DNA from: an uncultured Gemmatimonadales bacterium
Lineage (GTDB): Bacteria > Gemmatimonadota > Gemmatimonadetes > Gemmatimonadales > JACORV01
Assembly (NCBI GenBank): GCA_964550365.1
Contig: CAZJZC010000001.1
Location: 12,863 to 76,862, forward strand
Direction: 5' to 3'
DNA: 64,000 nucleotides
Positions within the stretch are counted from its first letter, which is position 1. Every line of letters starts with the position of its first letter. Under the pieces are notes generated by a model. That model worked only from the letters and a program-made list of their open reading frames with translations. It had not been told where the DNA came from and searched no databases. The position numbers and the translations under genes are program-made. This document shows, piece after piece, positions 35,782-44,040 of this stretch.

Positions 35782-36525
35782 ATGCGCGCGATCCTCACCT
35801 ACCACTCGATCGATCCCTCGGGATCGCCGATCTCGGTGGACGAGGCCGCCTTCCGCGCGCACGTCCGATGGCTCGGGTCGGGCGCGGTGCGGGTCGTGGG
35901 GCTGACGGACCTGCTCGAGCCGGGCGACGGCGGTGATGCCGTCGCGCTCACGTTCGACGACGGCTTCGCGAGCTTCGCCGCGGCCGCCTGGCCGCTGCTG
36001 CGGGAGCGGCGCCTGCCGGTCACCGTGTTCGTGGTCAGCGCTCATGCCGGCGGCACCAACGACTGGGGCGGGCGGCCGGCGCCCGGCATCCCGACCCTGC
36101 CCCTGCTGGACTGGGACGCCCTGGCGCGGCTCACGGAGGACGGCGTCACGCTCGGCGCGCACAGCGCGACCCACCCCGACCTTCGCGCCGTCAGCGACGC
36201 CCAGCTGGCCGACGAGCTGGACGCCTCGGCCGACGCCGTGGGCCGGCACACCGGCCGGCGGCCGGCGGCCCTCGCGTACCCCTACGGGCACACCGACGCG
36301 CGGGTGACCCGCGCCGCCGCCGCCCGGTTCCGCGCCGCCGTGACCACCGACCTGCGACCGCTCGGGGCCGCCGAGTCGCCGCACCGCCTGCCGCGGCTGG
36401 ACGCGTTCTACCTGCGCGGCCGCGGCCAGCTCGAGCGCTGGGGCACGGCGGGCTTCGTCCGGCGGCTGGCGCTGCGGCGGGCCGCCCGGCGGGTCCGCTC
36501 GGCCCTGCGCCGGAGCCCGGCGTGA
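35782..36525 (+). CDS. Polysaccharide deacetylase (NodB/CE4-like)
   Basis: 247 aa with LTYHSI, ALTFDDGFAS and GAHSATHPDL. Confidence 0.84.
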   Translation: MRAILTYHSIDPSGSPISVDEAAFRAHVRWLGSGAVRVVGLTDLLEPGDGGDAVALTFDDGFASFAAAAWPLLRERRLPVTVFVVSAHAGGTNDWGGRPAPGIPTLPLLDWDALARLTEDGVTLGAHSATHPDLRAVSDAQLADELDASADAVGRHTGRRPAALAYPYGHTDARVTRAAAARFRAAVTTDLRPLGAAESPHRLPRLDAFYLRGRGQLERWGTAGFVRRLALRRAARRVRSALRRSPA

Positions 36526-37649
36526 GCCGGCCGGACCTCACGGTCATCGTGCCGGCGCTCAACGCCGTCAGCACGCTGCGCGCCTGCCTCGAGGGCCTCA
36601 CCGCCAGCGACCTGCCGCGGGAGCGCTTCGAGCTGATGCTGGTGGACGACGGATCGACCGACGAGACCAGCCTGGTGGGCGCCGAGTACTGCGACACGGT
36701 CATCCGCCTGGCCGGCAGGCCCCACGGCCCGGCCTTCGCCCGCAACCGCGGGGTCGAACAGGCCCGGGGCGACATCGTGGTGTTCGTGGACGCCGACGTG
36801 GTGGTCCATCCCGATGCGCTGCGGCGCCTGGTGGAGCGGTTCGCGTCGGCGCCGGACGTGAGCGCGGTGTTCGGCTCGTACGACGCGCGCCCGGCCGCGC
36901 GCTCCCTGGTCTCGCGCTACCGCAACCTGCTGCACCACTACGTGCACCAGAAGGGCCGCGGCGACGCCGAGACCTTCTGGGCCGGGCTGGGCGCGGTCCG
37001 GCGGGCCGACTTCCTCGAGGTCGGCATGTTCGACGAGTGGCACTACAACCGGCCGCAGATCGAGGACATCGAACTGGGGCGCCGGCTGCGGCGATACGGC
37101 CACCGGCTGCTGCTCGACCCGGACATCCAGGGCACGCACCTCAAGCGCTGGACGCTCGGCAGCACCCTGCGCGGCGACTTCCAGCACCGCGGCGTGCCGT
37201 GGATGTGGCTGCTGCTCCAGGAGGGCTCGCCGGGCACCACCACGTCGCTCAACGTGCGCACGCTCGAGAAGGTCCTCACCGGGCTGACCGCGCTGGCCCT
37301 GCTCACGCCGATCGCCGCGCTGGCGCTCGGCGAGGCGCGGGTGCTGCTGGCCGGCGCGGCCCTGCTGGCCTCGGTATCGGCGGCCAACATCGGCTTCTAT
37401 CTCTTCCTGCTGCGGCGCGGCGGCCCGCTGCTGGCGGCCGCCGCCGTCCCGCTGCACCTGGCCTACTACGCGGGCAACGCCTTCTCGGTCGTGTCGGGCT
37501 GGTTCGTCAACCTGCTGTTCGGCGAACCGGTGCCGCCGGCCGAGATCGCCGCCCACGCGCAGATCGGCATCGCCACCTGGCCGCCGGCACCGCGCCGGTC
37601 GGCGCAGAGCATCTGGGAGCAGCCGCGCGGAGGTCCCGATGGATCGTGA
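36522..37649 (+). CDS. Membrane-anchored glycosyltransferase family 2
   Basis: GTG 36522 overlaps the previous stop by 4 nt. 375 aa with TVIVPALNAVSTLRACL, LVDDGSTDET, ARNRGVEQARGDIVVFVDADV and IEDIELGRRL, followed by 3-4 C-terminal TM helices. Confidence 0.85.
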   Translation: MSRPDLTVIVPALNAVSTLRACLEGLTASDLPRERFELMLVDDGSTDETSLVGAEYCDTVIRLAGRPHGPAFARNRGVEQARGDIVVFVDADVVVHPDALRRLVERFASAPDVSAVFGSYDARPAARSLVSRYRNLLHHYVHQKGRGDAETFWAGLGAVRRADFLEVGMFDEWHYNRPQIEDIELGRRLRRYGHRLLLDPDIQGTHLKRWTLGSTLRGDFQHRGVPWMWLLLQEGSPGTTTSLNVRTLEKVLTGLTALALLTPIAALALGEARVLLAGAALLASVSAANIGFYLFLLRRGGPLLAAAAVPLHLAYYAGNAFSVVSGWFVNLLFGEPVPPAEIAAHAQIGIATWPPAPRRSAQSIWEQPRGGPDGS

Positions 37650-38001
37650 GAGTCCCGCACTCCCGCCCGACCTGCAGCTGGCGTTCGAGCCGCTGCACAA
37701 GCGCTACTTCGGCGTGGCGATCGGCGCCGCGCTCGGCCTGGTGCTGAGCGGCATGACGGCCGTGGTGCTGATCCGCCGGCCCGACCCGGCGCCCGACATC
37801 GGCATCCTGGCCGAGTACTTCTACGGGTACACGGTGAGCTGGCCCGGCGCCCTGGTCGCGCTGGCCTGGGGGTTCGTGGTAGGGTTCGTCGCCGGCTGGT
37901 TCACCGCGTTCTGCCGCAATCTCGTGATCGCCGCGTCGCTCTGGGTCTCCCGGACCCGCACCGAGCTGGACGCGACGCGCGATTTCCTCGACCACATCTG
38001 A
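37639..38001 (+). CDS. Small 2-TM membrane protein, paralog A (120 aa), unknown function
   Basis: It overlaps the GT2 gene by 11 nt. The TM helices are GVAIGAALGLVLSGMTAVVL and ALVALAWGFVVGFVAGWF. It aligns with the next ORF. Confidence 0.65.
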   Translation: MDRESPALPPDLQLAFEPLHKRYFGVAIGAALGLVLSGMTAVVLIRRPDPAPDIGILAEYFYGYTVSWPGALVALAWGFVVGFVAGWFTAFCRNLVIAASLWVSRTRTELDATRDFLDHI

Positions 38002-38013
38002 CCGGGAGCCGGC

Positions 38014-38310
38014 ATGACGGGTACCGACCAGGAGCTCCGCCAGGCGATCGCCAGGCTCAACGCGCGAGCCTGGGGCATCGCGATGGGCATGCTGCTCGGC
38101 GGCGGACTGTTCCTCGCGACCAACATCCTCGTGGTGAAGGGCGGGCCGAACGTCGGCCGGCATCTCTCGCTGCTGAGCGTGTACTTCCCCGGCTACCGGG
38201 TGACCTTCCTGGGCAGTTTCATCGGCTTCGTGTACGCCTTCGTGCTGGGCTACATCCTCGGGCGGCTGATCGGCACGATCTACAACAAGCTGCTCGCGAA
38301 CGACCGGTGA
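38014..38310 (+). CDS. Small 2-TM membrane protein, paralog B (98 aa), unknown function
   Basis: Shared pattern with paralog A: xRxxGxAxGxxLG ... L(L/A)xxYFxGYxVxxxG ... FxxGxxxG ... N. It lies 12 nt after paralog A, and its stop overlaps the next gene's start (GTGA). Confidence 0.65.
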   Translation: MTGTDQELRQAIARLNARAWGIAMGMLLGGGLFLATNILVVKGGPNVGRHLSLLSVYFPGYRVTFLGSFIGFVYAFVLGYILGRLIGTIYNKLLANDR

Positions 38311-39404
38311 GGGTCGCCGTCCTCGGCCTGGGGAACGCCGGCTTCGACATCCACCTGCCCGCGCTCGCCGCCCTGCCCGGCATCGCCGCCGTGGGCGTGG
38401 ATCCCGACCCGGCCCGGCGGGCGCGCGCCGCCGACCGGTTCGGCGTCCCGGTGTTCCCCTCGCTCGACGACGCCGCCGCCGCCGCACGGGTCGACGTCGT
38501 CATCGTGGCCACGCCCCCGGCCTCCCACGACGCGCTCTGCCGCCGGGCCTTCGACCTCGGTGCCGACGTCCTGTGCGAGAAGCCCTTCGCGCTCAGCGTG
38601 GCCGAGGCCCGCGGCATCGTCGCGGCCGCCTCGGCCGCCGGGCGCCGCGTGGCGCTCAACCACGAGTTCCGCGAGATGCCCATCTTCCGGGCCCTGCGCG
38701 ACGAGCTCGCGCGGCCGGACACCGGCGGCCTGGTGTTCGCGCAGGCATGGCAGAACATGGACCTGCCGCCGTGGAAGGAGCCGGGCTGGCGCGGCCAGCT
38801 GCTGACCGGCACGCTCTACGAGGCGGGCCTGCACCTGGTCGACTACCTGCTGGTGCTGTTCGGCGAGGCGCCGGCGGCCGTCTCGGCGACGATGTCGAGC
38901 GGCGGGGTCCGGCCGGAACCGTCCGACGCGCTGGCGCTGGTGACCATGGAGTTCTCGCGCGGCCGGCTGGGCCAGGTGATCCAGAACCGCCTGTGCCCGG
39001 GGGAGACGCAGTACTTCGAGGTGCGGGCCGACACCGAGCGCGCCTCGCTGCGCGCCTCGTTCGGCGGGCGGGCCCGGGTGAGCGCGGGCCTGTACCGGTC
39101 GACCCGGCCGCACCTCCGGCTCGAGCTGGGCGCGTCGGGCATCGCCTGGAGCGAACGCGGCCATGCGCGCCGGATGCTCGCCGCCAATCCCAAGGCGCCG
39201 GCCGCAGCGGCCACCGGCATCCTGATCCGCAAGACGCTGGACGCCTTCGCGTCGGGCGGCGCGCCGCCGGCGAGCGGCGAGGACGGCGTCCGGGCGCTCG
39301 AGGTGCTCGCGGCGTGCTATGTGTCGGCGGACACGGGGCGGCGCGTGGCCGTGGACGGGGCCGACGCCCTGCGGACCTTCCGGTTCGGCCGTGCTCCCTC
39401 GTGA
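38307..39404 (+). CDS. Gfo/Idh/MocA-family NAD(P)-dependent oxidoreductase
   Basis: 365 aa with RVAVLGLGNAGFDIHLPAL, the EKP motif (DVLCEKPFA) and VALNHEFR. Confidence 0.84.
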   Translation: MRVAVLGLGNAGFDIHLPALAALPGIAAVGVDPDPARRARAADRFGVPVFPSLDDAAAAARVDVVIVATPPASHDALCRRAFDLGADVLCEKPFALSVAEARGIVAAASAAGRRVALNHEFREMPIFRALRDELARPDTGGLVFAQAWQNMDLPPWKEPGWRGQLLTGTLYEAGLHLVDYLLVLFGEAPAAVSATMSSGGVRPEPSDALALVTMEFSRGRLGQVIQNRLCPGETQYFEVRADTERASLRASFGGRARVSAGLYRSTRPHLRLELGASGIAWSERGHARRMLAANPKAPAAAATGILIRKTLDAFASGGAPPASGEDGVRALEVLAACYVSADTGRRVAVDGADALRTFRFGRAPS

Positions 39405-39477
39405 GGGCCGGCACCTGAGGGGTCCCGAGGCCGGCCGGCAGGCACGCGGCAGGGGCGGCCACCGTCCCGCGGGCGAC

Positions 39478-40179
39478 TCAGGGGAGCGTCATGACGGCGT
39501 AGCCCCGGATGTCGTGTTCGTCCCGGCGATGCACCTCGACGCGCGCCCGCGAATCCGCCTGCCACTGCCGCAGGACGTCGGCCTCGCCGGGCCGCACGGC
39601 ATCGTCGAGCAGGATGGTCGCGCCCGGCGCGAGGTGCCCGTGCATGCGCGGCAGCATGCCGATGCGCCCGCCCGGCGTCTCGCCGGGCGGCCCGTCGCAC
39701 ACGACGAGCGCGAAGTCGCGCGGCATGTCGGTGGTCGGCGCGTCGTACCAGTCGAAGGCGCCGTACGAACGCAGGGGGGCGACGCGCAGGCGCACGCCGT
39801 GCCCCGGGATCCTGCTCAGCACGCCGGCGACGCGCGCGCCCCATTCCTCGGAATGCTCGAGCGACCAGACCTCGACGCCGGCCCGGCCGGCGACCGTCGC
39901 CAGGACGATCGACGTCAGCCCGCTGCCGCAGTCGAGCACCGGCCCGCCGGTGGCGATGCTCCGCGCCGCGCACTCGCGCAGGTACTCGACCGTCGCGGCG
40001 AAACCGTCGTTCCGCCAGGCCGCGGCCAGCGCGCGCAGCGCGTCGTCCCCCGGGACGGTGCCGGGCGGCACGCGGCACAGCTCCCGTACGGCCGCGCGCA
40101 TGCCGACGGTCCAGCGGATGTGCGCGGCCAGATGCCGGATACCGAGCGGAATCCAAGCCCAATGTCCCGCCAAGGTCAC
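39478..40179 (-). CDS. Class I SAM-dependent methyltransferase
   Basis: 233 aa with a GTG start. Motif I VLDCGSGLTSIVLA, and the post-I acidic residue in VWSLEHS. It is the only minus-strand gene inside the plus-strand block. Confidence 0.72.
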   Translation of the reverse strand: MTLAGHWAWIPLGIRHLAAHIRWTVGMRAAVRELCRVPPGTVPGDDALRALAAAWRNDGFAATVEYLRECAARSIATGGPVLDCGSGLTSIVLATVAGRAGVEVWSLEHSEEWGARVAGVLSRIPGHGVRLRVAPLRSYGAFDWYDAPTTDMPRDFALVVCDGPPGETPGGRIGMLPRMHGHLAPGATILLDDAVRPGEADVLRQWQADSRARVEVHRRDEHDIRGYAVMTLP

Positions 40180-40277
40180 CCCGGTGTGAGAGCGTGCGAT
40201 CCGGCGCGGCGCGAGCCCGGTCGGCAGAATAATACACGCCGGCGACCGCGGGGCGACCGGCGGGGCCCGACCGCCTG

Positions 40278-41783
40278 ATGCCGGAGCCCATCGGAGTGCC
40301 CCCGGGGTCCGACGCCGAGCGGCGCGCGCTCGCGCAGCAGGCCATGGATCGTCGCCTGGTCAAGGGCATCGCCTGGACCGGCGCCGCCAAGTGGGGGACC
40401 CAGGTGCTGAGCTGGGCCTCGACGCTGATCGTCGCGCGCCTGCTCACCCCGGACGACTACGGCCTGATCGGCATGGCCATGGTGTACCTGGGCTTCGTCC
40501 AGCTGATCAACGAGATCGGCGTGAGCGCCGCCATCATCCAGCGGCGGGACCTCGACGCGTCGCTGATCGCCCGGCTGGGCGGCCTGGCGGCGCTGGCGGG
40601 CGTGGTCTTCTTCCTGATCTCGCTCGCCGTCGCCGCGCCGCTGGCGGGCTTCTTCGGCGAGCCCGCCGTCAGGTCCATCGTGATCGCGCTGTCGACCACC
40701 TTCCTCCTCGGCGGGCTCCAGGTCCTGCCGTACTCCCTGCTGACGCGGGACCTGGAGTTCCGCCGGCTCGCCTGGATCGACGCCGCCGAGGCGATCGCGC
40801 TCACGGCCGTCACGCTCGGCGCCGCCCTGCTGGGCTTCGCCTACTGGTCGATCGTGGCCGGCGGGATCGCGGCGAAGCTGGTCGGTGCCGCCGCCGCCCT
40901 GGCGGCCCGGCCCCACCGGCTCCGCTGGCCGGCCGACTGGAGCACCCTGGGTCCCGCGCTCCGCTTCGGCTCGAACGTGGTCATCGGGCGCATCGCCTGG
41001 TATGCCTACAGCAACGCCGACTTCGCCATCGTCGGCAGGGTCCTCGGCAAGACGGCGCTGGGGGCCTACACGTTCGGCTGGACCATCGCCAGCATCCCCG
41101 TCGACAAGGTCAGCGCCCTGCTCGGCCGCGTGATGTTCCCGGTGCTCGCGTCGGTGCAGGACGACCGGGCCGCCGTGACCCGGTACTTCCTCCGCGTCAC
41201 CGAGGGCCTGGCGCTCGTCACCTTCCCGCTCTCGGTCGGCACGGCCCTGGCGGCCGACAGCCTGGTCAGCGTGGTCCTCGGCCCGCGCTGGACCGCCGCG
41301 GTCGAGCCGCTGCGCATCCTGGCGCTGTACGCCGCCTATCGTTCGATCATGACCCTGTTCCCGCACGTCCTGCTGGCGCTGGGCGACGCCCGGCGCACCA
41401 TGCACCTGAGCGTGAGCGCCGCGATCGTTCTGCCGCTGTGCTTCCTGGGAGGGACGTACTGGGGCACGACCGGCGTGGCCCTGGGGTGGGTGTTCGGCTA
41501 CCCGCTGGTCACCCTGCCGTTCCTGCTGCGGTATGTGCTGCGCCCGCTGGGCATCGGCGCCGGCACGTACGCCCGGACCCTGTGGCCGGCGTTCAGCGCC
41601 ACCCTGGTGATGGCGCTGGCGATCGTCGGCGTACGGCAGCTGCTCGCGGACCAGGCGACGGCGCCCGTGACACTGCTGGCGGACGTCGCGACGGGCGCGG
41701 CCGCGTACGGCGCCGCCGTCCTGCTCATGCACCGCGACAGGGTCACGGCGCTGGCGCGGGCGGTGCGCGAGGCCCGGCGATGA
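40278..41783 (+). CDS. Wzx-type polysaccharide flippase (MOP/PST superfamily)
   Basis: 501 aa with about 12-14 TM segments. N-terminal block KGIAWTGAAKWGTQVLSWASTLIVARLLTPDDYGL is typical of 'lipopolysaccharide biosynthesis protein' PST flippases. Confidence 0.9.
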   Translation: MPEPIGVPPGSDAERRALAQQAMDRRLVKGIAWTGAAKWGTQVLSWASTLIVARLLTPDDYGLIGMAMVYLGFVQLINEIGVSAAIIQRRDLDASLIARLGGLAALAGVVFFLISLAVAAPLAGFFGEPAVRSIVIALSTTFLLGGLQVLPYSLLTRDLEFRRLAWIDAAEAIALTAVTLGAALLGFAYWSIVAGGIAAKLVGAAAALAARPHRLRWPADWSTLGPALRFGSNVVIGRIAWYAYSNADFAIVGRVLGKTALGAYTFGWTIASIPVDKVSALLGRVMFPVLASVQDDRAAVTRYFLRVTEGLALVTFPLSVGTALAADSLVSVVLGPRWTAAVEPLRILALYAAYRSIMTLFPHVLLALGDARRTMHLSVSAAIVLPLCFLGGTYWGTTGVALGWVFGYPLVTLPFLLRYVLRPLGIGAGTYARTLWPAFSATLVMALAIVGVRQLLADQATAPVTLLADVATGAAAYGAAVLLMHRDRVTALARAVREARR

Positions 41784-43093
41784 GGGTCGTGCTGCTGTGC
41801 TACTACTATCCGCCCGACCGGGCGGTCGGCGCGCTGCGACCCGGCAAGATCGCCGCGGCCCTCCGGGCCGCGGGCCATGAGGTGACGGTGGTGGCCGCCC
41901 GGCCGTCCCCGCCCGCCACGACCGGCGACACCGAGCCCGGCGTCCGGCGCATCACGCCGATCCCCGGCCCGCGCGAGGCGTGGACCGCGCTCAAGCGCCT
42001 GGCCGGGCGGCTGGCCGGCCGCGGCGCCGCCGCGAACACCGGCGGCGAGGCCGCGGGCGGCGCGCCGGCCGTGCCGGCCACGGGCACCGGGAAGCGCTGG
42101 CTCTTCTCCCTGCTCTGGCTGCCCGATGACCGCCAGGGCTTCATCCTGCCGGCCGTGCTGTCGAGCCTGCGCCTGGTCCGCCGGGCCGACCTGCTCTACA
42201 CCTCCGGCCCGCCGTTCTCGGTCCACGTCGCGGGGCTGATCCTGCGCGCCCTCAGCGGGACCCGGTGGGCGGCGGAGTTCCGCGACCCGTGGACCGACAA
42301 CCCCTGGAAGCCGCCGCACGTGCGCAGCCGGTTCAGCGACGCGGCCGAACGCTGGCTCGAGGCCCGCTGCCTGCGCGCGGCCGACGTCGTGGTATCGGTG
42401 AGCGAGGGGATCGACGCGGTCCTCTCGCCGCGGGTCCCGCCGGGACCGGGCGGCCGCCGCCGCCACCTGGTGGCGCGCAACGGCATCGACGTGCTCGTCC
42501 GCGAGCCGCCGCCGCGCCAGCCGGGCCGGCTGAACATCGTGCACGTGGGCACGTTCTATCATCGGCGGGACCCGCGGCCGTTCCTCGAGGGCCTGGCGCG
42601 CGCCCTGCCGGCGCTGACGGCCGCCGGTACGGCCGTGCGGGTGGACCTGGTCGGGGACTGCCGGCGGTACAACGACATCTCGGTGGAACGCGTGGTGCAG
42701 GACCTGGGACTGGGCGCGACCGTGCACTTCGAGGACTGGGTGCCGCACGAGCGCTGCCTGGCCATGGTGGGCGCCGCGGACCTCCTGGTCATCCTGGCGC
42801 AGGATCAGCCGGGCCAGGTGCCCAACAAGCTGTATGAGTATCTTGGCACGCGACGGCCGGTCCTGGCGATCGCGGACGCCGACGGCGAGACCGCCCGCAT
42901 GCTCCGCCAGGTCGGCGGACACTTCGTGGTGGCCGACGGCGACCCGGCGGCCGTCGCCGGGGCCGTCGCCGAGGCCCTCGTGGCGGCGTCCGGCGCGCGG
43001 CCGAGCCCGGGCGGCGCCGCGGCCCTGCTCGAGGAATGGACGACGCGAACCCAGATGGAGCGGCTCCTTGCCGCCCTGCGACCGGAGCGCTGA
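41780..43093 (+). CDS. Glycosyltransferase (GT-B, family 4-like)
   Basis: ATG 41780 overlaps the flippase stop (ATGA). 437 aa with N-terminal MRVVLLCYYYPPDRAVGALR. The C-terminal part is nucleotide-sugar-binding-like. Confidence 0.78.
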   Translation: MRVVLLCYYYPPDRAVGALRPGKIAAALRAAGHEVTVVAARPSPPATTGDTEPGVRRITPIPGPREAWTALKRLAGRLAGRGAAANTGGEAAGGAPAVPATGTGKRWLFSLLWLPDDRQGFILPAVLSSLRLVRRADLLYTSGPPFSVHVAGLILRALSGTRWAAEFRDPWTDNPWKPPHVRSRFSDAAERWLEARCLRAADVVVSVSEGIDAVLSPRVPPGPGGRRRHLVARNGIDVLVREPPPRQPGRLNIVHVGTFYHRRDPRPFLEGLARALPALTAAGTAVRVDLVGDCRRYNDISVERVVQDLGLGATVHFEDWVPHERCLAMVGAADLLVILAQDQPGQVPNKLYEYLGTRRPVLAIADADGETARMLRQVGGHFVVADGDPAAVAGAVAEALVAASGARPSPGGAAALLEEWTTRTQMERLLAALRPER

Positions 43094-43824
43094 TGGCCGG
43101 AGCCGACGACTTCCTGATGGCGGCCCGCCGGGGCGACCGCGGGCTCATGCGGTACGCGCGACGCGCCTGGCGGGCACTGCTGGGGTTCCGGATGCCCGTC
43201 GTCCGGCCGCTGGCCGCGATCCTCTACGCCGAATGGAGTTTCCGGCCGACCTACGTGCCGCTGATCCTCAAGATCCTGTACCGCGAGCCGCTGCTGCGCT
43301 ACCGCTGCGCCCGCGTCGGCCGGCGCCTCCAGCTCGGCGGCGCCCTGCCCATGATCATCGGCAACGGCCGCATCGAGATCGGCGACGACGTGTCGATCGA
43401 CACCCGGAACACCTGGATCGTCGGGTTCAAGGTCTCCACCACGCCCGAGCTCGTCATCGGCGACCGGGTCTTCGTCGGCTACCAGACCGTGCTCAGCGTC
43501 GCCAAGCGCATCAGCATCGGCGCCGACACCATGATCGCCGGCAACGTGCAGATCTTCGACAACATCAGCCACCCGCTCTCGCCCGGGCGCCGGCGCCGCG
43601 GCGAGTCGTTCACGCTCGAGGAGGCCGATCCGGTCACCATCGGCACCAACGTGTGGATCGGCAACGGCGCGACCATCATGCGCGGCGTTTCAATCGGAGA
43701 CAACTCCGTGGTCGCCGCCTCCTCCGTCGTGACCAAGCCGGTACCCGCCAACACCCTGGTCGCCGGGAATCCGGCCCGGATCATCAAGCAGATCGAGGAG
43801 GATGAACCCACACCGGCCCCTTAG
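43093..43824 (+). CDS. Left-handed beta-helix (hexapeptide-repeat) acyl/acetyltransferase
   Basis: ATG 43093 overlaps the previous stop (TGATG). 243 aa with hexapeptide runs IGDDVSI, IGDRVFVG, IGADTMIAGNVQI, IGTNVWIGNGATIMRGVSIGDNSVVAA, then NPARII. Confidence 0.85.
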   Translation: MAGADDFLMAARRGDRGLMRYARRAWRALLGFRMPVVRPLAAILYAEWSFRPTYVPLILKILYREPLLRYRCARVGRRLQLGGALPMIIGNGRIEIGDDVSIDTRNTWIVGFKVSTTPELVIGDRVFVGYQTVLSVAKRISIGADTMIAGNVQIFDNISHPLSPGRRRRGESFTLEEADPVTIGTNVWIGNGATIMRGVSIGDNSVVAASSVVTKPVPANTLVAGNPARIIKQIEEDEPTPAP

Positions 43825-43883
43825 CGACACCATCGCGACATCACGTCGTCGTCACCGACTTGGTGATCCACATCACATTTCCT

Positions 43884-43899
43884 TGGCACCCCACGTTCT
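43884..43899 (+). promoter_or_regulatory. Sigma-54-like element with perfect -24 box (TGGCAC-N5-GTTCT)
   Basis: TTGGCACcccacGTTCTT. The -24 hexamer is perfect, but the -12 position has TC instead of GC. It lies about 140 nt upstream of the lipoprotein ATG. Confidence 0.22.
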
Positions 43900-44040
43900 T
43901 TACGCCGTCCGCGATCCGACTCATTATTGACGCTTGAGTCCAGTACGGGCCGTCGCACGTCCGTGCGTGCCCGCCCACGTGGGAACGAGGACCCCGGCAT
44001 GCCCGCATGGAGCGCGCCGCGGTCGAGGAAGGGCCGTCGC

